Positions 19,928 to 29,617 of a stretch of 64,000 nt of DNA are shown here, piece by piece (within the stretch, counting starts at the first letter, position 1; every line of letters begins with the position of its first letter). The notes beneath the pieces were generated by a model. That model saw nothing but the letters and a program-made list of their open reading frames with translations, ran no database searches and was not told the origin of the DNA. The DNA lies in assembly GCA_963803575.1 (NCBI GenBank), contig CAWDMW010000001.1, positions 16,086 through 80,085 on the forward strand, written 5' to 3'. The position numbers and the translations under genes were made by a program. The DNA comes from an uncultured Alphaproteobacteria bacterium (GTDB lineage Bacteria > Pseudomonadota > Alphaproteobacteria > Rickettsiales > UBA998).

Positions 19928-22075
19928 ATGGTTAAAAAGAATGTTACACCTGCAACCATGACACACCGACTCTTCGTATTATGCTGCTGTATATTATGCC
20001 TTCTCCATATGCCTGCACATGCTTACACAGATGTAAGTTCTGCATTTCAGGAGCAATTGCAGCAATGGGAAACCATCATTGACGCTACAGAAGACACGCT
20101 TGACAACAGCACTTCCGCCACAACGGAAGCCACGTATCGCAAGACTCAGGAGCAGCTGAAAACGTTGCGGCTGGAAGCGCAGGAAGCTATGCAAAATGCG
20201 CAGGAACGCCTGAATACCCAGAAAGATATATTGAAAACATTGGGTAAACCGCCTGAAGATGGCGAGATAGAAAACGCCTTATTAACAGAAGAACGCAACA
20301 AATTAAACACCATAGTCAATACGATTGATGCTCGGCTAAAGCAGGCAAAATTAGTGGTTGCTCGTGCCAACACCTTGCTTGAAGCCATTGATAAAGTGGA
20401 CAAAATGCGCTTGCGTAACCGCCTGCTCGCGCGTGAACCACTCCCCCTATATTATGATGCTTTGTCAGATTTGACGAGCGATATTATCAATTACACAACG
20501 CAGTTTGCCAACTGGCTGGAGCTGGGGTTCATTATTATTGCCTGTATTGTGATCATGGGTGTCACCATACCTATCACAAGACGCCTGAATGATGTCTTGC
20601 AATGTGCCGCACACATACGAGTAATACGTCCAATGAGTCGAATTCGGCTGGTCATCACGATGATTGCGGCTTATATGGTATTTTTGCTTCGGTTTAATTT
20701 TATCAATCTCAGTAGCTTCTCTATGCTGGAATATCTGATACGGTTTGCAGCTAGTACATCATTGTCGGTAGTGTTGTTTCTGGCACTGGGCAAATTTGTA
20801 TTTGTGAATCCACGTCATCAATCTGATGAAATTGGTGAATTGAAGAAAAAATATGACTGGCTATGGAATGCCATTCGTAAATTGACACGTATCGTGCTTT
20901 TGCTGGTTCCGTTCATTGCATTGTCAGGCCATTTGAATTTAGGGCTGTATATAGGGTTCAATATTTTTGCGACACTCACTGCGCTCATGCTGTTTATCTG
21001 GCTGCGTGAATTAACGGTCTATCTTGTTTTTCGCCTAAAGCAACCACAGGCCACCACCCAATCAGAACAGGTGAAACCTGAAGAAACCCTCTCGCCTATC
21101 GCCATTACGCTGATTGAGCCGTTGCTTGCGTTGCTGATGGTTGGGTTCTCCGGATTCTTTTGGGGGGTTACATCAGAAGATGTCACATCCTGGTTGGTAC
21201 AATATCAAAACGGTATTCCGGTTGGAGACATTGTTATTGACTTTGAAAGCATTGGATCCTCGTTTATCCTGTTCTTTAGTTTGTTGCTATTTAGCCGTGT
21301 TCTGCAATGGTTCCTTTCAAGCCGTGTATTTCCCTATACGCGATTTGATATTGGGGTGCGTGACGCTATTTTAGCGGTCACCGGCTATATTGGTGTCATC
21401 ATCGCACTACTCTCAGGTATGGGGGCTTTGGGGCTGGATTTGTCCAACCTTGCGATTGTCGCAGGGGCCTTATCGGTAGGTATTGGTTTTGGTCTGCAAG
21501 CCATCTTTAGTAATTTTGTTTCAGGTCTGATTCTATTATTCGAACGTCCGGTGAAAGTTGGTGACTGGGTGATTGTAGGAGACTGTCAGGGAACCATCAA
21601 AAAAATTCGCGTTCGCTCTACAGAAATTGAAACCTTCCAAAATTCGTCTGTTATCGTTCCTAATTCTCAGCTAATCAGTGAAACAGTCACCAACTGGACG
21701 TTACATGACCGTGTTGGCCGGGTTGATATTGGGGTAGGTGTGGCTTATGGAAGTGATGTGGATAAGGTCAGAAAAATTCTGATGAACGTTGCTAAAGCCA
21801 ATAACTCTGTACGAAATTACCCCGCACCCAGTGTGTTCTTTATGAATTTTGGCGATAGCTCACTGGACTTTGAACTGCGCTGCTTTATCCGCAATATTCG
21901 TGATATTTTTAAAACCAGTAGTGATTTGCGTTTTGCAGTGGATACGGCGTTTCGTGAAAACGGTATTGAAATTCCGTTCCCACAACGTGATATTCATATA
22001 CGTTCTTCTTACACGGAAAATGAGGATGCAAACCCGTTGACACCAGAAACGTCTTCTAAAAAAACGACAGAATAG
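19928..22075 (+). CDS. Large mechanosensitive channel, MscS family (MscK/KefA-like)
   Basis: 715 aa with a signal peptide, a periplasmic coiled coil and multiple TM helices. The MscS core reads SNFVSGLILLFERPVKVGDWV..G.I..I..R.T.I. Confidence 0.85.
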   Translation: MVKKNVTPATMTHRLFVLCCCILCLLHMPAHAYTDVSSAFQEQLQQWETIIDATEDTLDNSTSATTEATYRKTQEQLKTLRLEAQEAMQNAQERLNTQKDILKTLGKPPEDGEIENALLTEERNKLNTIVNTIDARLKQAKLVVARANTLLEAIDKVDKMRLRNRLLAREPLPLYYDALSDLTSDIINYTTQFANWLELGFIIIACIVIMGVTIPITRRLNDVLQCAAHIRVIRPMSRIRLVITMIAAYMVFLLRFNFINLSSFSMLEYLIRFAASTSLSVVLFLALGKFVFVNPRHQSDEIGELKKKYDWLWNAIRKLTRIVLLLVPFIALSGHLNLGLYIGFNIFATLTALMLFIWLRELTVYLVFRLKQPQATTQSEQVKPEETLSPIAITLIEPLLALLMVGFSGFFWGVTSEDVTSWLVQYQNGIPVGDIVIDFESIGSSFILFFSLLLFSRVLQWFLSSRVFPYTRFDIGVRDAILAVTGYIGVIIALLSGMGALGLDLSNLAIVAGALSVGIGFGLQAIFSNFVSGLILLFERPVKVGDWVIVGDCQGTIKKIRVRSTEIETFQNSSVIVPNSQLISETVTNWTLHDRVGRVDIGVGVAYGSDVDKVRKILMNVAKANNSVRNYPAPSVFFMNFGDSSLDFELRCFIRNIRDIFKTSSDLRFAVDTAFRENGIEIPFPQRDIHIRSSYTENEDANPLTPETSSKKTTE

Positions 22076-22085
22076 AGCCTGACCT

Positions 22086-23015
22086 ATGAGTGACACCCCT
22101 CTTCTCTGGACATATGATCTGCATGACATATCCGAGGAACACGCTGTATGGATACATCTGGATGCAAACCACGATCATGCGGCAACATGGTTGCAGAAAT
22201 GTGGATTAGCCATTGATGAGATAACGATTCAGGCATTAACCTCCGCTGAAACACGACCACGTGCAGATTATGATGATGAGACACTACTTGTTATTTTAAG
22301 AGGCATAAATCTGAATAAAGAATCTGATCCGGAAGATATGGTTTCACTACGTATTTACCTGCATCATAATCATATTATCACCCTATCACGTAGACCCTTA
22401 AAGACCTTAGGGGATATAAAAACAGCCATAGCATCAGGACGACGCTACAGCCACCCTCAATATCTTTTCACGGATATTTGCACACAACTCATCCGCCGAA
22501 TGCAACCCACCATGGCCGCATTACAGGAAAAGGTGGATGAGTTGGAAGAAGCATTGATTGATGCGCAAATAGCAGTAGGACGCAGTGATATGATACGCCT
22601 GCAAAAACAGTGCATTCTCCTTAGACGTTACATGTTGCCGCAAAGAGAGGTTGTCTATTCGATTATACACGATCAGCCTGCTATCCTACACGCTGATACG
22701 ATTCGCCAATTACAGGAAAATTACGATGACATCGCCGGATATACAGAGATGCTGGATGTTATACGTGACCGCTTGCATATGGCACGTGATGAATTATCCA
22801 GCCAGTTAAGTGATCGTCTAAACCGTAACATGTATGTGCTATCTATTATCACTACTATCTTTCTACCACTTGGGTTTTTAACTGGATTGCTTGGTATCAA
22901 TGTAGGCGGTATTCCTGGCACAGAATCACCTCATGCATTCACCTATGTCACAGTGACCATGTTCGTGCTAGTCTGCATTCAGGTTGTGATCTTTCGCAAA
23001 CTTAAATGGCTATAA
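22086..23015 (+). CDS. zntB: CorA-superfamily divalent-cation transporter, ZntB-like
   Basis: The C-terminus NMYVLSIITTIFLPLGFLTGLLGINVGGIPG has the G-x-N signature between two TM helices and closely resembles ZntB. Confidence 0.8.
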   Translation: MSDTPLLWTYDLHDISEEHAVWIHLDANHDHAATWLQKCGLAIDEITIQALTSAETRPRADYDDETLLVILRGINLNKESDPEDMVSLRIYLHHNHIITLSRRPLKTLGDIKTAIASGRRYSHPQYLFTDICTQLIRRMQPTMAALQEKVDELEEALIDAQIAVGRSDMIRLQKQCILLRRYMLPQREVVYSIIHDQPAILHADTIRQLQENYDDIAGYTEMLDVIRDRLHMARDELSSQLSDRLNRNMYVLSIITTIFLPLGFLTGLLGINVGGIPGTESPHAFTYVTVTMFVLVCIQVVIFRKLKWL

Positions 23016-23952
23016 GTTCCGGCAGTTCCACATTGAACACGCGTTGATAAAGTTCAGCCATGACCGGGTATTCTGCTTCATCACATTTATTGAGAAAAGC
23101 ATAGCGAAAGGCACGATGTACATCCTGAAATATCTGGTAATTCTCCGCCCATGAAATGACTGTACGCGGCGACATGATGCTTGAAATATCATGATTGGCA
23201 AACGCAATGCGAACCAGCCCTGCAAGCGTGACCATCTGCATAATTAACGACTTGTCTATCTGTGGCACCTGCGCCTGAATCATAGCAGCTTCTTTCTCTG
23301 GTGCTAAATAATTCAGCATAGCCGCAATATGCCAGCGATCCATTTGCCCCTGATTAATCGGGTTCGTTCCATGATACATGCCTGTTGCATCCCCTAGTCC
23401 CACCGTGTTTGCCGTAGCAAAAAGGCGAAATTCGCTATGTGGTTCAACCACACGATTCTGTTCAGGAAGTGTCAATCGGCCTTCAGATTCTAACACACGT
23501 TGCAACACAAACATGACATCCGGACGCGCTGCATCATATTCATCAAACACTAACGCACAAGGTCGTTGCATCGCCCAAGGCAAGATGCCTTCCTGAAAAC
23601 GGGTAATCTGCTTATCCTGCTCAAGCACAATCGTGTCACGTCCGGTTAAATCCATCCGGCTAATATGCCCGTCCAGATTCACACGCATTAACGGCCAGTT
23701 CAACCGCGCAGCAACCTGCTCAATATGGGTAGACTTTCCTGTGCCGTGATACCCATGCAACAACACATTACGACGGTACAGAAAACCGGCTAAAATCGCC
23801 TCTGTAACATCTCGGTCAAAACAGTAGCTGGATTGCATTGTGGGGACATTTTTATGCTCACCTTCCAACACAGGCACCTGCATGGAGCTTTCAATATTGA
23901 ACAGATCAGAGGCGGAATGCAAGGTATGCGGCGAAGAAACACGTAATATCAT
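23002..23952 (-). CDS. cobS: CobS-like MoxR-class AAA+ ATPase
   Basis: Contains LLHGYHGTGKSTHIEQVAARLNWP (Walker A), ALVFDEYDAARPDV (Walker B) and FRLFATANTVGLGD..YHGT. The N-terminus matches the CobS pattern. No other cobalamin genes are nearby. Confidence 0.8.
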   Translation of the reverse strand: MILRVSSPHTLHSASDLFNIESSMQVPVLEGEHKNVPTMQSSYCFDRDVTEAILAGFLYRRNVLLHGYHGTGKSTHIEQVAARLNWPLMRVNLDGHISRMDLTGRDTIVLEQDKQITRFQEGILPWAMQRPCALVFDEYDAARPDVMFVLQRVLESEGRLTLPEQNRVVEPHSEFRLFATANTVGLGDATGMYHGTNPINQGQMDRWHIAAMLNYLAPEKEAAMIQAQVPQIDKSLIMQMVTLAGLVRIAFANHDISSIMSPRTVISWAENYQIFQDVHRAFRYAFLNKCDEAEYPVMAELYQRVFNVELPELIAI

Positions 23953-24095
23953 GATGTACTGTAGATGCCATAAAAGAATGTAATATACAACAGGCTTATC
24001 GTGATGGATAATTTATTTTAAATAGTATGCAATAATGACTTGCAGTTTTCAGCAGAGCTGTAATTGTAAAATTGTATCAATTAAAGGAATATCTT

Positions 24096-24977
24096 ATGTT
24101 ATCTTCTCAATCTAATGCCACATTCTTTACTGGCCTTGCTGTCAACACAGATGGTACCGCTTATAGCCTGGCAAATAACGGCGCAACCTTAGTGAAGTAT
24201 CATGTCGATACTCCCTTCAAAAGTACTACTATTGATCTTTCAGGTGATGTTACCAGCCTGTCAGCGCTGGATTTTCGTCCTGCTACAGGTGAGTTGTTTG
24301 GATATGATGATGCTACTGACAGTTATGTCAAGGTGAATACAACCTCTGGCAGTGTTACATCAGCTTCCGGTGATTCGGTGACTGCTACAAACACTACGTC
24401 ACTTGATATGGATTGGAACCCTACTATTGATCGTTTACGTACCGTGACTGAAACAGATCAGAATATCGTCTATAATCCGGATAGTGGTGAAGCGTCTGAC
24501 GGCTCTACAACAAGCCTGTTTTATGCTGAAGGTGACATGCAGCAGGGCGTTGATCCGTCTATCGTAGCAAACGCCTATACTAATAGCGTTGCTAATGCCC
24601 AGACAACACAGCAATACGCTCTGGATCATGCAAGCAATACGCTGGTAACTCTGGATAATAATGCAGGTACTCTTAGCACGATTGGTATGTTAACCACGAA
24701 AGATGGAATACTGGACTTCAATGCTAACGCTGGTTTAGATGTAGTCACAGATGCCAGTGGCAATAATATAGCCTATGCGAGCCTAACGTCTGACAATGCT
24801 ACCGCACTATATACGCTTGATTTAAATACGGCAAGTGCAACGATGGTTGGTATTGTTGAAAATGAAGCCGTGACCGTTGGTGCTGACGGAGGTATTTTTT
24901 CCAGTTTGGGACTAGATGGCAATAACTTTGGGATAGAAGCTGGTAGCGATATCGCTATCGCGTTTGGATTAGCTTGA
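24096..24977 (+). CDS. DUF4394-domain protein without a recognisable signal peptide
   Basis: LSALDFRPATGELFGYD, DMDWNPTIDRLRTVTETDQNIVYNPDSG, ANAYTNSVANAQTTQQYALD and LYTLDLNTASATMVG fit the DUF4394 beta-propeller pattern. I chose the ATG at 24096 (AAAGGAA upstream) over the TTG at 24072. Confidence 0.7.
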   Translation: MLSSQSNATFFTGLAVNTDGTAYSLANNGATLVKYHVDTPFKSTTIDLSGDVTSLSALDFRPATGELFGYDDATDSYVKVNTTSGSVTSASGDSVTATNTTSLDMDWNPTIDRLRTVTETDQNIVYNPDSGEASDGSTTSLFYAEGDMQQGVDPSIVANAYTNSVANAQTTQQYALDHASNTLVTLDNNAGTLSTIGMLTTKDGILDFNANAGLDVVTDASGNNIAYASLTSDNATALYTLDLNTASATMVGIVENEAVTVGADGGIFSSLGLDGNNFGIEAGSDIAIAFGLA

Positions 24978-24995
24978 TTAACTTGATTAGCAAAA

Positions 24996-25030
24996 GGGGT
25001 GCAGGTATTAGACGCCTGCCCCCTTATTCT
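24996..25030. terminator. GC-rich hairpin between convergent genes (bidirectional rho-independent terminator)
   Basis: ggggtgcagg (24996-25005) pairs with cctgccccc (25015-25023) with one bulge. It is flanked by an A-run on the left and TTATT on the right. On the minus strand the hairpin is followed by TTTTG. Confidence 0.6.
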
Positions 25031-25542
25031 ACACCAAGACTTGCTTCAAATTCTTTCATAAGCTGCATCGTATTGGTTGTCATAGACCCTCCATACATTA
25101 AAAACATATCCGCAATCTCAATAAAGCTATGCGCCACCGCACTATGCTGTTGTGGGGTAATTTTGGATAAGTGTGCCATATTACAGCATAGTTGCCACGA
25201 TCTTAGATGGTGCGTCATATCTGTTATCCCCATAGATGGGGTAGAATTATGTAAGGCATCATTCAGCTCTTCCAACACCACATCTGTCCAGTAATCAATC
25301 ATGCGTAGCTGATTTGCCGCATTATCATAGATGCGTATATGGGCAATAGATTCAGCAATTAATGCGCGCTGTACCAGTTGGTCAAACTCATCCCACCGAC
25401 CAAAATGAATACCCAGTAAGAAGATATCCTGTTCAAGCATCTTCTTTGCCTGTACCTGACTTACCTTATCTTCCCACACCTGATACAGAAGGAAAAAATG
25501 GCGACAGTAATCATCCATAATGTGGCTGGTGGATCTCATCAT
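25024..25542 (-). CDS. Hypothetical protein (172 aa), co-oriented 12 nt downstream of the J-domain gene
   Basis: Long ORF that is tightly linked to the upstream gene and followed by a terminator hairpin. No motif recognised. Confidence 0.55.
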   Translation of the reverse strand: MMRSTSHIMDDYCRHFFLLYQVWEDKVSQVQAKKMLEQDIFLLGIHFGRWDEFDQLVQRALIAESIAHIRIYDNAANQLRMIDYWTDVVLEELNDALHNSTPSMGITDMTHHLRSWQLCCNMAHLSKITPQQHSAVAHSFIEIADMFLMYGGSMTTNTMQLMKEFEASLGVE

Positions 25543-25554
25543 GTATCCACTGTA

Positions 25555-26094
25555 TCAAATGGCTTTATAATATTCCATTAAGACATTATAAGAAGCCGTA
25601 ATATTACAAAATATTGCTGATGACGTATCGTCTTTACTCATATCTGGATGATATTGCTTTGCCAGTTTCTTATAGGTTGTCTTGATAAGGTCTATTTCAA
25701 CTGGATGTGATAAATTCAGCACAGACAATGCTTGTGCCACCGCTTCAGGAACAGTAGATCTGACAGGAGGTATAGGAGAATCATACAAGAATGTATGCAG
25801 CTTTGCTTCCATCTCGGCTTCCAAAAGATGTGGATTTTGTCCCATCATCCATGTGGGACGATGCCCTGTAACCGCATCTTTCATAAAAGCCTGAACAGCA
25901 TCATCGCTCATGCCTTCAAAGAAATTATAATTCTTATTAAATTCACGGATATGTTGCAGGCAAAAATGATAATAGCTTCGGCCATCCCCACCACGAACGC
26001 GGGGAGCTTTATACTCACCAGCCTGATTGCAGCCATCAACATCACATATTGGGTATATTGGTGCTTCTGTACTGGCTCTTTTTTTTCGATTCAT
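25555..26094 (-). CDS. J-domain protein of the type found next to bolA in alphaproteobacteria
   Basis: N-terminal C..C..G.Y.AP...YHFCLQHIREFN zinc-finger-like segment. The C-terminal J-like helix pair reads IKTTYKKLAKQYHPDMSKDD. Confidence 0.7.
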   Translation of the reverse strand: MNRKKRASTEAPIYPICDVDGCNQAGEYKAPRVRGGDGRSYYHFCLQHIREFNKNYNFFEGMSDDAVQAFMKDAVTGHRPTWMMGQNPHLLEAEMEAKLHTFLYDSPIPPVRSTVPEAVAQALSVLNLSHPVEIDLIKTTYKKLAKQYHPDMSKDDTSSAIFCNITASYNVLMEYYKAI

Positions 26095-26140
26095 TCTGTG
26101 TTAGATCATAGCGAAACGTAACAATAATGTGAATATCTTT

Positions 26141-26416
26141 ATGCCCGACCAAACTGTTGTTGAACAGCTACACGAACTGCTACATAAAGCGTTTGATCCA
26201 TCTTTGCTGGTTATTGAGAATCAGTCAGCGCAACATGCTGGTCATATGGAAGCAGGTGACGGAGGTGACACTCACTTTCACCTCATTATAGCCAGCAAAA
26301 AACTCGATGCTAAGTCTCGTATTATGCAGCATCGTACCATATTTGAGGCGGTATCCAGCCTGTTAGATGCACCTATTCATGCATTGTCGATTGAAGTCAA
26401 ACCATCGTCTAATTAG
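26141..26416 (+). CDS. bolA: BolA-family protein
   Basis: LVIENQSAQHAGH....THFHLIIASKKLDAKSRIMQHRTIFEAV...IHALSIE matches the BolA fold signature. The track starts at the GTG at 26129; I preferred the ATG at 26141. Confidence 0.85.
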   Translation: MPDQTVVEQLHELLHKAFDPSLLVIENQSAQHAGHMEAGDGGDTHFHLIIASKKLDAKSRIMQHRTIFEAVSSLLDAPIHALSIEVKPSSN

Positions 26417-27272
26417 ATAGTTGAGGGGCTTCAATCACAGGGATAGAGAGATCGTCGGCATCAGGTGTGTTTTCTTCATTTGGTGTTGACGAAATAACAT
26501 TTCCATCCTTATCAAGCTCAAGGTCAATAAGCGCACCCTGCTCGTCCAATGGAGGCGGCGGTGGAGGTGGTGGAAGAATATCTTCGGGCTTTCCTTCATA
26601 GGTATGCATATATTCACTAAGAAATATATGGTTTGCCTGCAATGCTAGTTGCCACCTTCCTGTATTGTTATAATATTGCGGAATACTACTGGGTTCTCTA
26701 ATCATACGATGCTTAATCGTTTCTGCATGAGGTGGTAATGCATCATCCGGTTCACGCTTTGTTAATAATGCTCTGGACAATCGAGTATTTTGTGGATACC
26801 AAAGTAATGTTACATAATCAGGGTGTATATTTTTTACATATAATTCGTTTTCTTCATTATTATTCGCGTTTGTGATAGTAATGCCATTAATACGAATAAA
26901 CCACTGTGCAGGATTATGATAGATAATAGATGATAGATAAAATGATGGATAAATCAATGGAGTAAGATCATCTTCGACCTCTTCATTTTCGTCTTCAGCA
27001 AGTATATTCTCTAATTGTAGACTATTAACGTTTGTTCCATTTTGCATAGTTTCTTCTACACGTCTAATAATATCAATGTATCTGTCAATTTCTGACGGGC
27101 TAAATAAGATAGACGGGCGTATTTCTTCATAGGACGGTATAAATTTCGTTACCGGCTCTTTCACAAGCTTATTGTCCTGAGCAAACGCTGCATTCAGCAA
27201 TATACATATAGTAGAGATAAAGATAGCAATATTAGTAAGGAGATGCATTAACACTTTCCTTTTTTTGATCAA
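26409..27272 (-). CDS. Secreted protein, putative PilP/GspC-like component with a poly-proline linker
   Basis: Signal peptide ..ILLNAAFA|Q. The segment YLSSIIYHNPAQWFIRINGITIT...YVKNIHPDYVTLLW resembles the PilP / GspC-HR beta-domain pattern. It also has a PPPPPPPP run and an acidic tail. It is the last gene of the pilus-like operon (alternative start 27248). Confidence 0.45.
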   Translation of the reverse strand: MIKKRKVLMHLLTNIAIFISTICILLNAAFAQDNKLVKEPVTKFIPSYEEIRPSILFSPSEIDRYIDIIRRVEETMQNGTNVNSLQLENILAEDENEEVEDDLTPLIYPSFYLSSIIYHNPAQWFIRINGITITNANNNEENELYVKNIHPDYVTLLWYPQNTRLSRALLTKREPDDALPPHAETIKHRMIREPSSIPQYYNNTGRWQLALQANHIFLSEYMHTYEGKPEDILPPPPPPPPLDEQGALIDLELDKDGNVISSTPNEENTPDADDLSIPVIEAPQLSN

Positions 27273-27885
27273 TCCCCATCCATAAAAACGTGATATTTGC
27301 TTCTACGACTTCTGGCAATGACCCACGGCTTACTTCTATAATAACTTCTCTTGAAAAGGGTCGCTTACGACTAATTTTTACACTAGTCTCTTGTATTACT
27401 CCAGGAAATATTTTTTTAATGTTATCGATAAATGCATAAACATGCAAGTCAGTTAATGCAGAAAAAATTACTTCTACTTCGCGAAAGACAGGCTTAAAAC
27501 CAGTATATTTTTCAGAGCTTTGATTAACTAGTTCCTGTTTTGATCCGATTTTCATGCGTAGGTTATTCAACCTGTGTCGCTTGATTAACCTTCCTAATAT
27601 AGCCGCACCATGATCTGCTACCAAGCTATAATTACCATCTTCAAAACTTCTATTAATTTCCATGTATGCCGAAAAAGAGGACTCATATATTTCAAATTTT
27701 TGTTCTAACTGTGCCAGTCTATTACGTTGTTGACGCATAGACATCTCTAAAGTGGTTTTTTCTTTTTCTTTCTCTTCACTATTACTATATATATAATACA
27801 AAACCCCACTTAAAAAGAATATTACGGCAAAGACTATCATAATAACTTTAAACATTTTTTTCTTTAGACGATTTTCTTTTTTCAT
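27232..27885 (-). CDS. Bitopic inner-membrane protein, putative PilO/GspM/MshJ-like
   Basis: Short basic N-terminus, one TM (FKVIMIVFAVIFFLSGVLYYIY), a coiled coil (LEMSMRQQRNRLAQLEQKFEIYE) and a globular periplasmic domain of about 130 aa. This is the topology and size of PilO/GspM. Confidence 0.45.
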   Translation of the reverse strand: MKKENRLKKKMFKVIMIVFAVIFFLSGVLYYIYSNSEEKEKEKTTLEMSMRQQRNRLAQLEQKFEIYESSFSAYMEINRSFEDGNYSLVADHGAAILGRLIKRHRLNNLRMKIGSKQELVNQSSEKYTGFKPVFREVEVIFSALTDLHVYAFIDNIKKIFPGVIQETSVKISRKRPFSREVIIEVSRGSLPEVVEANITFLWMGIDQKKESVNASPY

Positions 27886-27893
27886 AAAAACAC

Positions 27894-29615
27894 CTAAGGA
27901 CGCTGTACGTCTTTCTGATTATGAGACTCTATGGTTATGCTAACATCAATAGTTTTGTCTTTCTCACTTTTGTTTTCGGTATAGTTTTCAAAATTTATCT
28001 CTAATTCATCCTTCTCTGAATCAATTCCAGATAATTGATTAGCTTTTAAAGTATAGCCAGTAAAAGATTCCTGCATATTTTGATAGATTTTTTTCCACCT
28101 CTCTAAAGCATCCTGATTAGCCTGCTTATTTCCGTTAACAGTAACGTTTACAATAGATTTTGATATAATGTTATCTGAGAGTATTATAGAATGATTGATA
28201 AGATCATTTTTCACAATTGGTGTAGAAGCATTATTATCTTTCGTAATACCCCATTCAAATGATGAAACTATTAGTTCTTCATTAACAAATTCAGTAACTT
28301 TATCAATTATTACTGTATATTGCGGCATGGTTTTATAAATCAGATCATTAATTTTTATCAGTGAGTCCACAATAAAAGGGTCAACTTCAAAATCAACTGC
28401 TTTTTCTTCAAAGTATTGCACTCTACGAGCTAATTGTGATTTTTCCTGATTAAGATCTACAAGCATATTCTTACTAATTAGCAACTGGTAACTGTATAAA
28501 CCAGCAGCACCAATCAAGAAAATAGATAATATCAATCCAGCTACTTTTGCTGCTTTAATACCTTTGTAATATTTTTCTATTTTTGCAATAGCATTAGGTA
28601 TTAATTTTAGCTCTGGTTTTTTAAAAATCATGAACGCAGCAGATATAAAAATATCTCCATAACGATCACCAGATAACAGTGAATGTTGTATATCTATTAA
28701 TTCTGCTGCTTCGTAAGGAGTTAGCACACGATAAACGTTAGCATTAAATATTTTTGGATCTATTTCATTCCTGATATCTTCTCCTAAAACCATCATAATA
28801 TTCAAATGCGATGTATCCGAAAAAGACAGTCTTTTCAGGTATTCAATAGTATTTTTTACTTCTTGCTCAATATTTCCAGCGACAACATTTGATTTTTCCT
28901 GATGAGAAGATTGTGCCATACGTGTAAAAACTAACTGTTCATTCTTCAAAACAACTTGTCTAAATCCTCCAGTTTTATGATGTATTACCAAAATATCCCA
29001 TTTAGTGATGTCGCTAGAGCTTTCCTTATTTGCCGATTTATCCTTTTTCTTTTTAGCAAAGAATGTCTTTTTACTGGCTTCCGGAGTAGCGTATAAAGAT
29101 TGATTCATACGCTTAATAATTTTTTGTGACTCTATAGGCGCTAAATACACTCCAGTAAAACGGTTAGGTAAATCATAAATAAGTTCACACCAATTTTTCA
29201 AAAAAGCACTATAGGACAAAGAAACAAGTAAAAAATTCCAGTCTTTTCTTCCTTTTTTATCACGACCAAGTGAAATAGCACCTTTTAAATCATCGGGGGC
29301 AAAATCACGTGCCAGACGCCGTTGAATGATTTTATTTACACCTAGTGGCGTAACAGGTGGCAATGAATGTCGTACATAAGACTGATCCATTAAATCAACC
29401 AACATATGGATAGGGGCCTGAGGATGTGTAGTCAGCAACTCTTTAAACGTATCAGTAGAACGAGAGTCATATTCAGCAGAATAAAGTCTTTTAATAACAA
29501 TATTATTCTCAAAGTAACTTAAGATAGCTCCTTCATCTCCAATAAAGAAAACAAATGCTTTTTTTAAGTTTCTTTTTGATGGTGCTTCATCGAGTCTTTT
29601 TCGCTGCTTTTTCAT
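27894..29615 (-). CDS. Putative PilM-PilN fusion (GspL/MshI-like) alignment protein
   Basis: 573 aa: about 350 aa cytoplasmic (beta-strand starts FVFFIGDEGAIL and WDILVIHHKTGGFRQVVL, as in actin-like PilM/GspL), then KPELKLIPNAI (INLLP-like), one TM at aa ~356-380 and a periplasmic domain of about 190 aa. The size is close to PilM (~350 aa) plus PilN (~200 aa). Confidence 0.5.
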   Translation of the reverse strand: MKKQRKRLDEAPSKRNLKKAFVFFIGDEGAILSYFENNIVIKRLYSAEYDSRSTDTFKELLTTHPQAPIHMLVDLMDQSYVRHSLPPVTPLGVNKIIQRRLARDFAPDDLKGAISLGRDKKGRKDWNFLLVSLSYSAFLKNWCELIYDLPNRFTGVYLAPIESQKIIKRMNQSLYATPEASKKTFFAKKKKDKSANKESSSDITKWDILVIHHKTGGFRQVVLKNEQLVFTRMAQSSHQEKSNVVAGNIEQEVKNTIEYLKRLSFSDTSHLNIMMVLGEDIRNEIDPKIFNANVYRVLTPYEAAELIDIQHSLLSGDRYGDIFISAAFMIFKKPELKLIPNAIAKIEKYYKGIKAAKVAGLILSIFLIGAAGLYSYQLLISKNMLVDLNQEKSQLARRVQYFEEKAVDFEVDPFIVDSLIKINDLIYKTMPQYTVIIDKVTEFVNEELIVSSFEWGITKDNNASTPIVKNDLINHSIILSDNIISKSIVNVTVNGNKQANQDALERWKKIYQNMQESFTGYTLKANQLSGIDSEKDELEINFENYTENKSEKDKTIDVSITIESHNQKDVQRP

Positions 29616-29617
29616 AA

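Noticed and set aside
23002-23952. The CobS-like gene as evidence of cobalamin biosynthesis.
   Set aside because: No other cob/cbi genes are in the window. As far as I recall, CobS-like MoxR ATPases next to J-domain and BolA genes also occur in alphaproteobacteria without the pathway.
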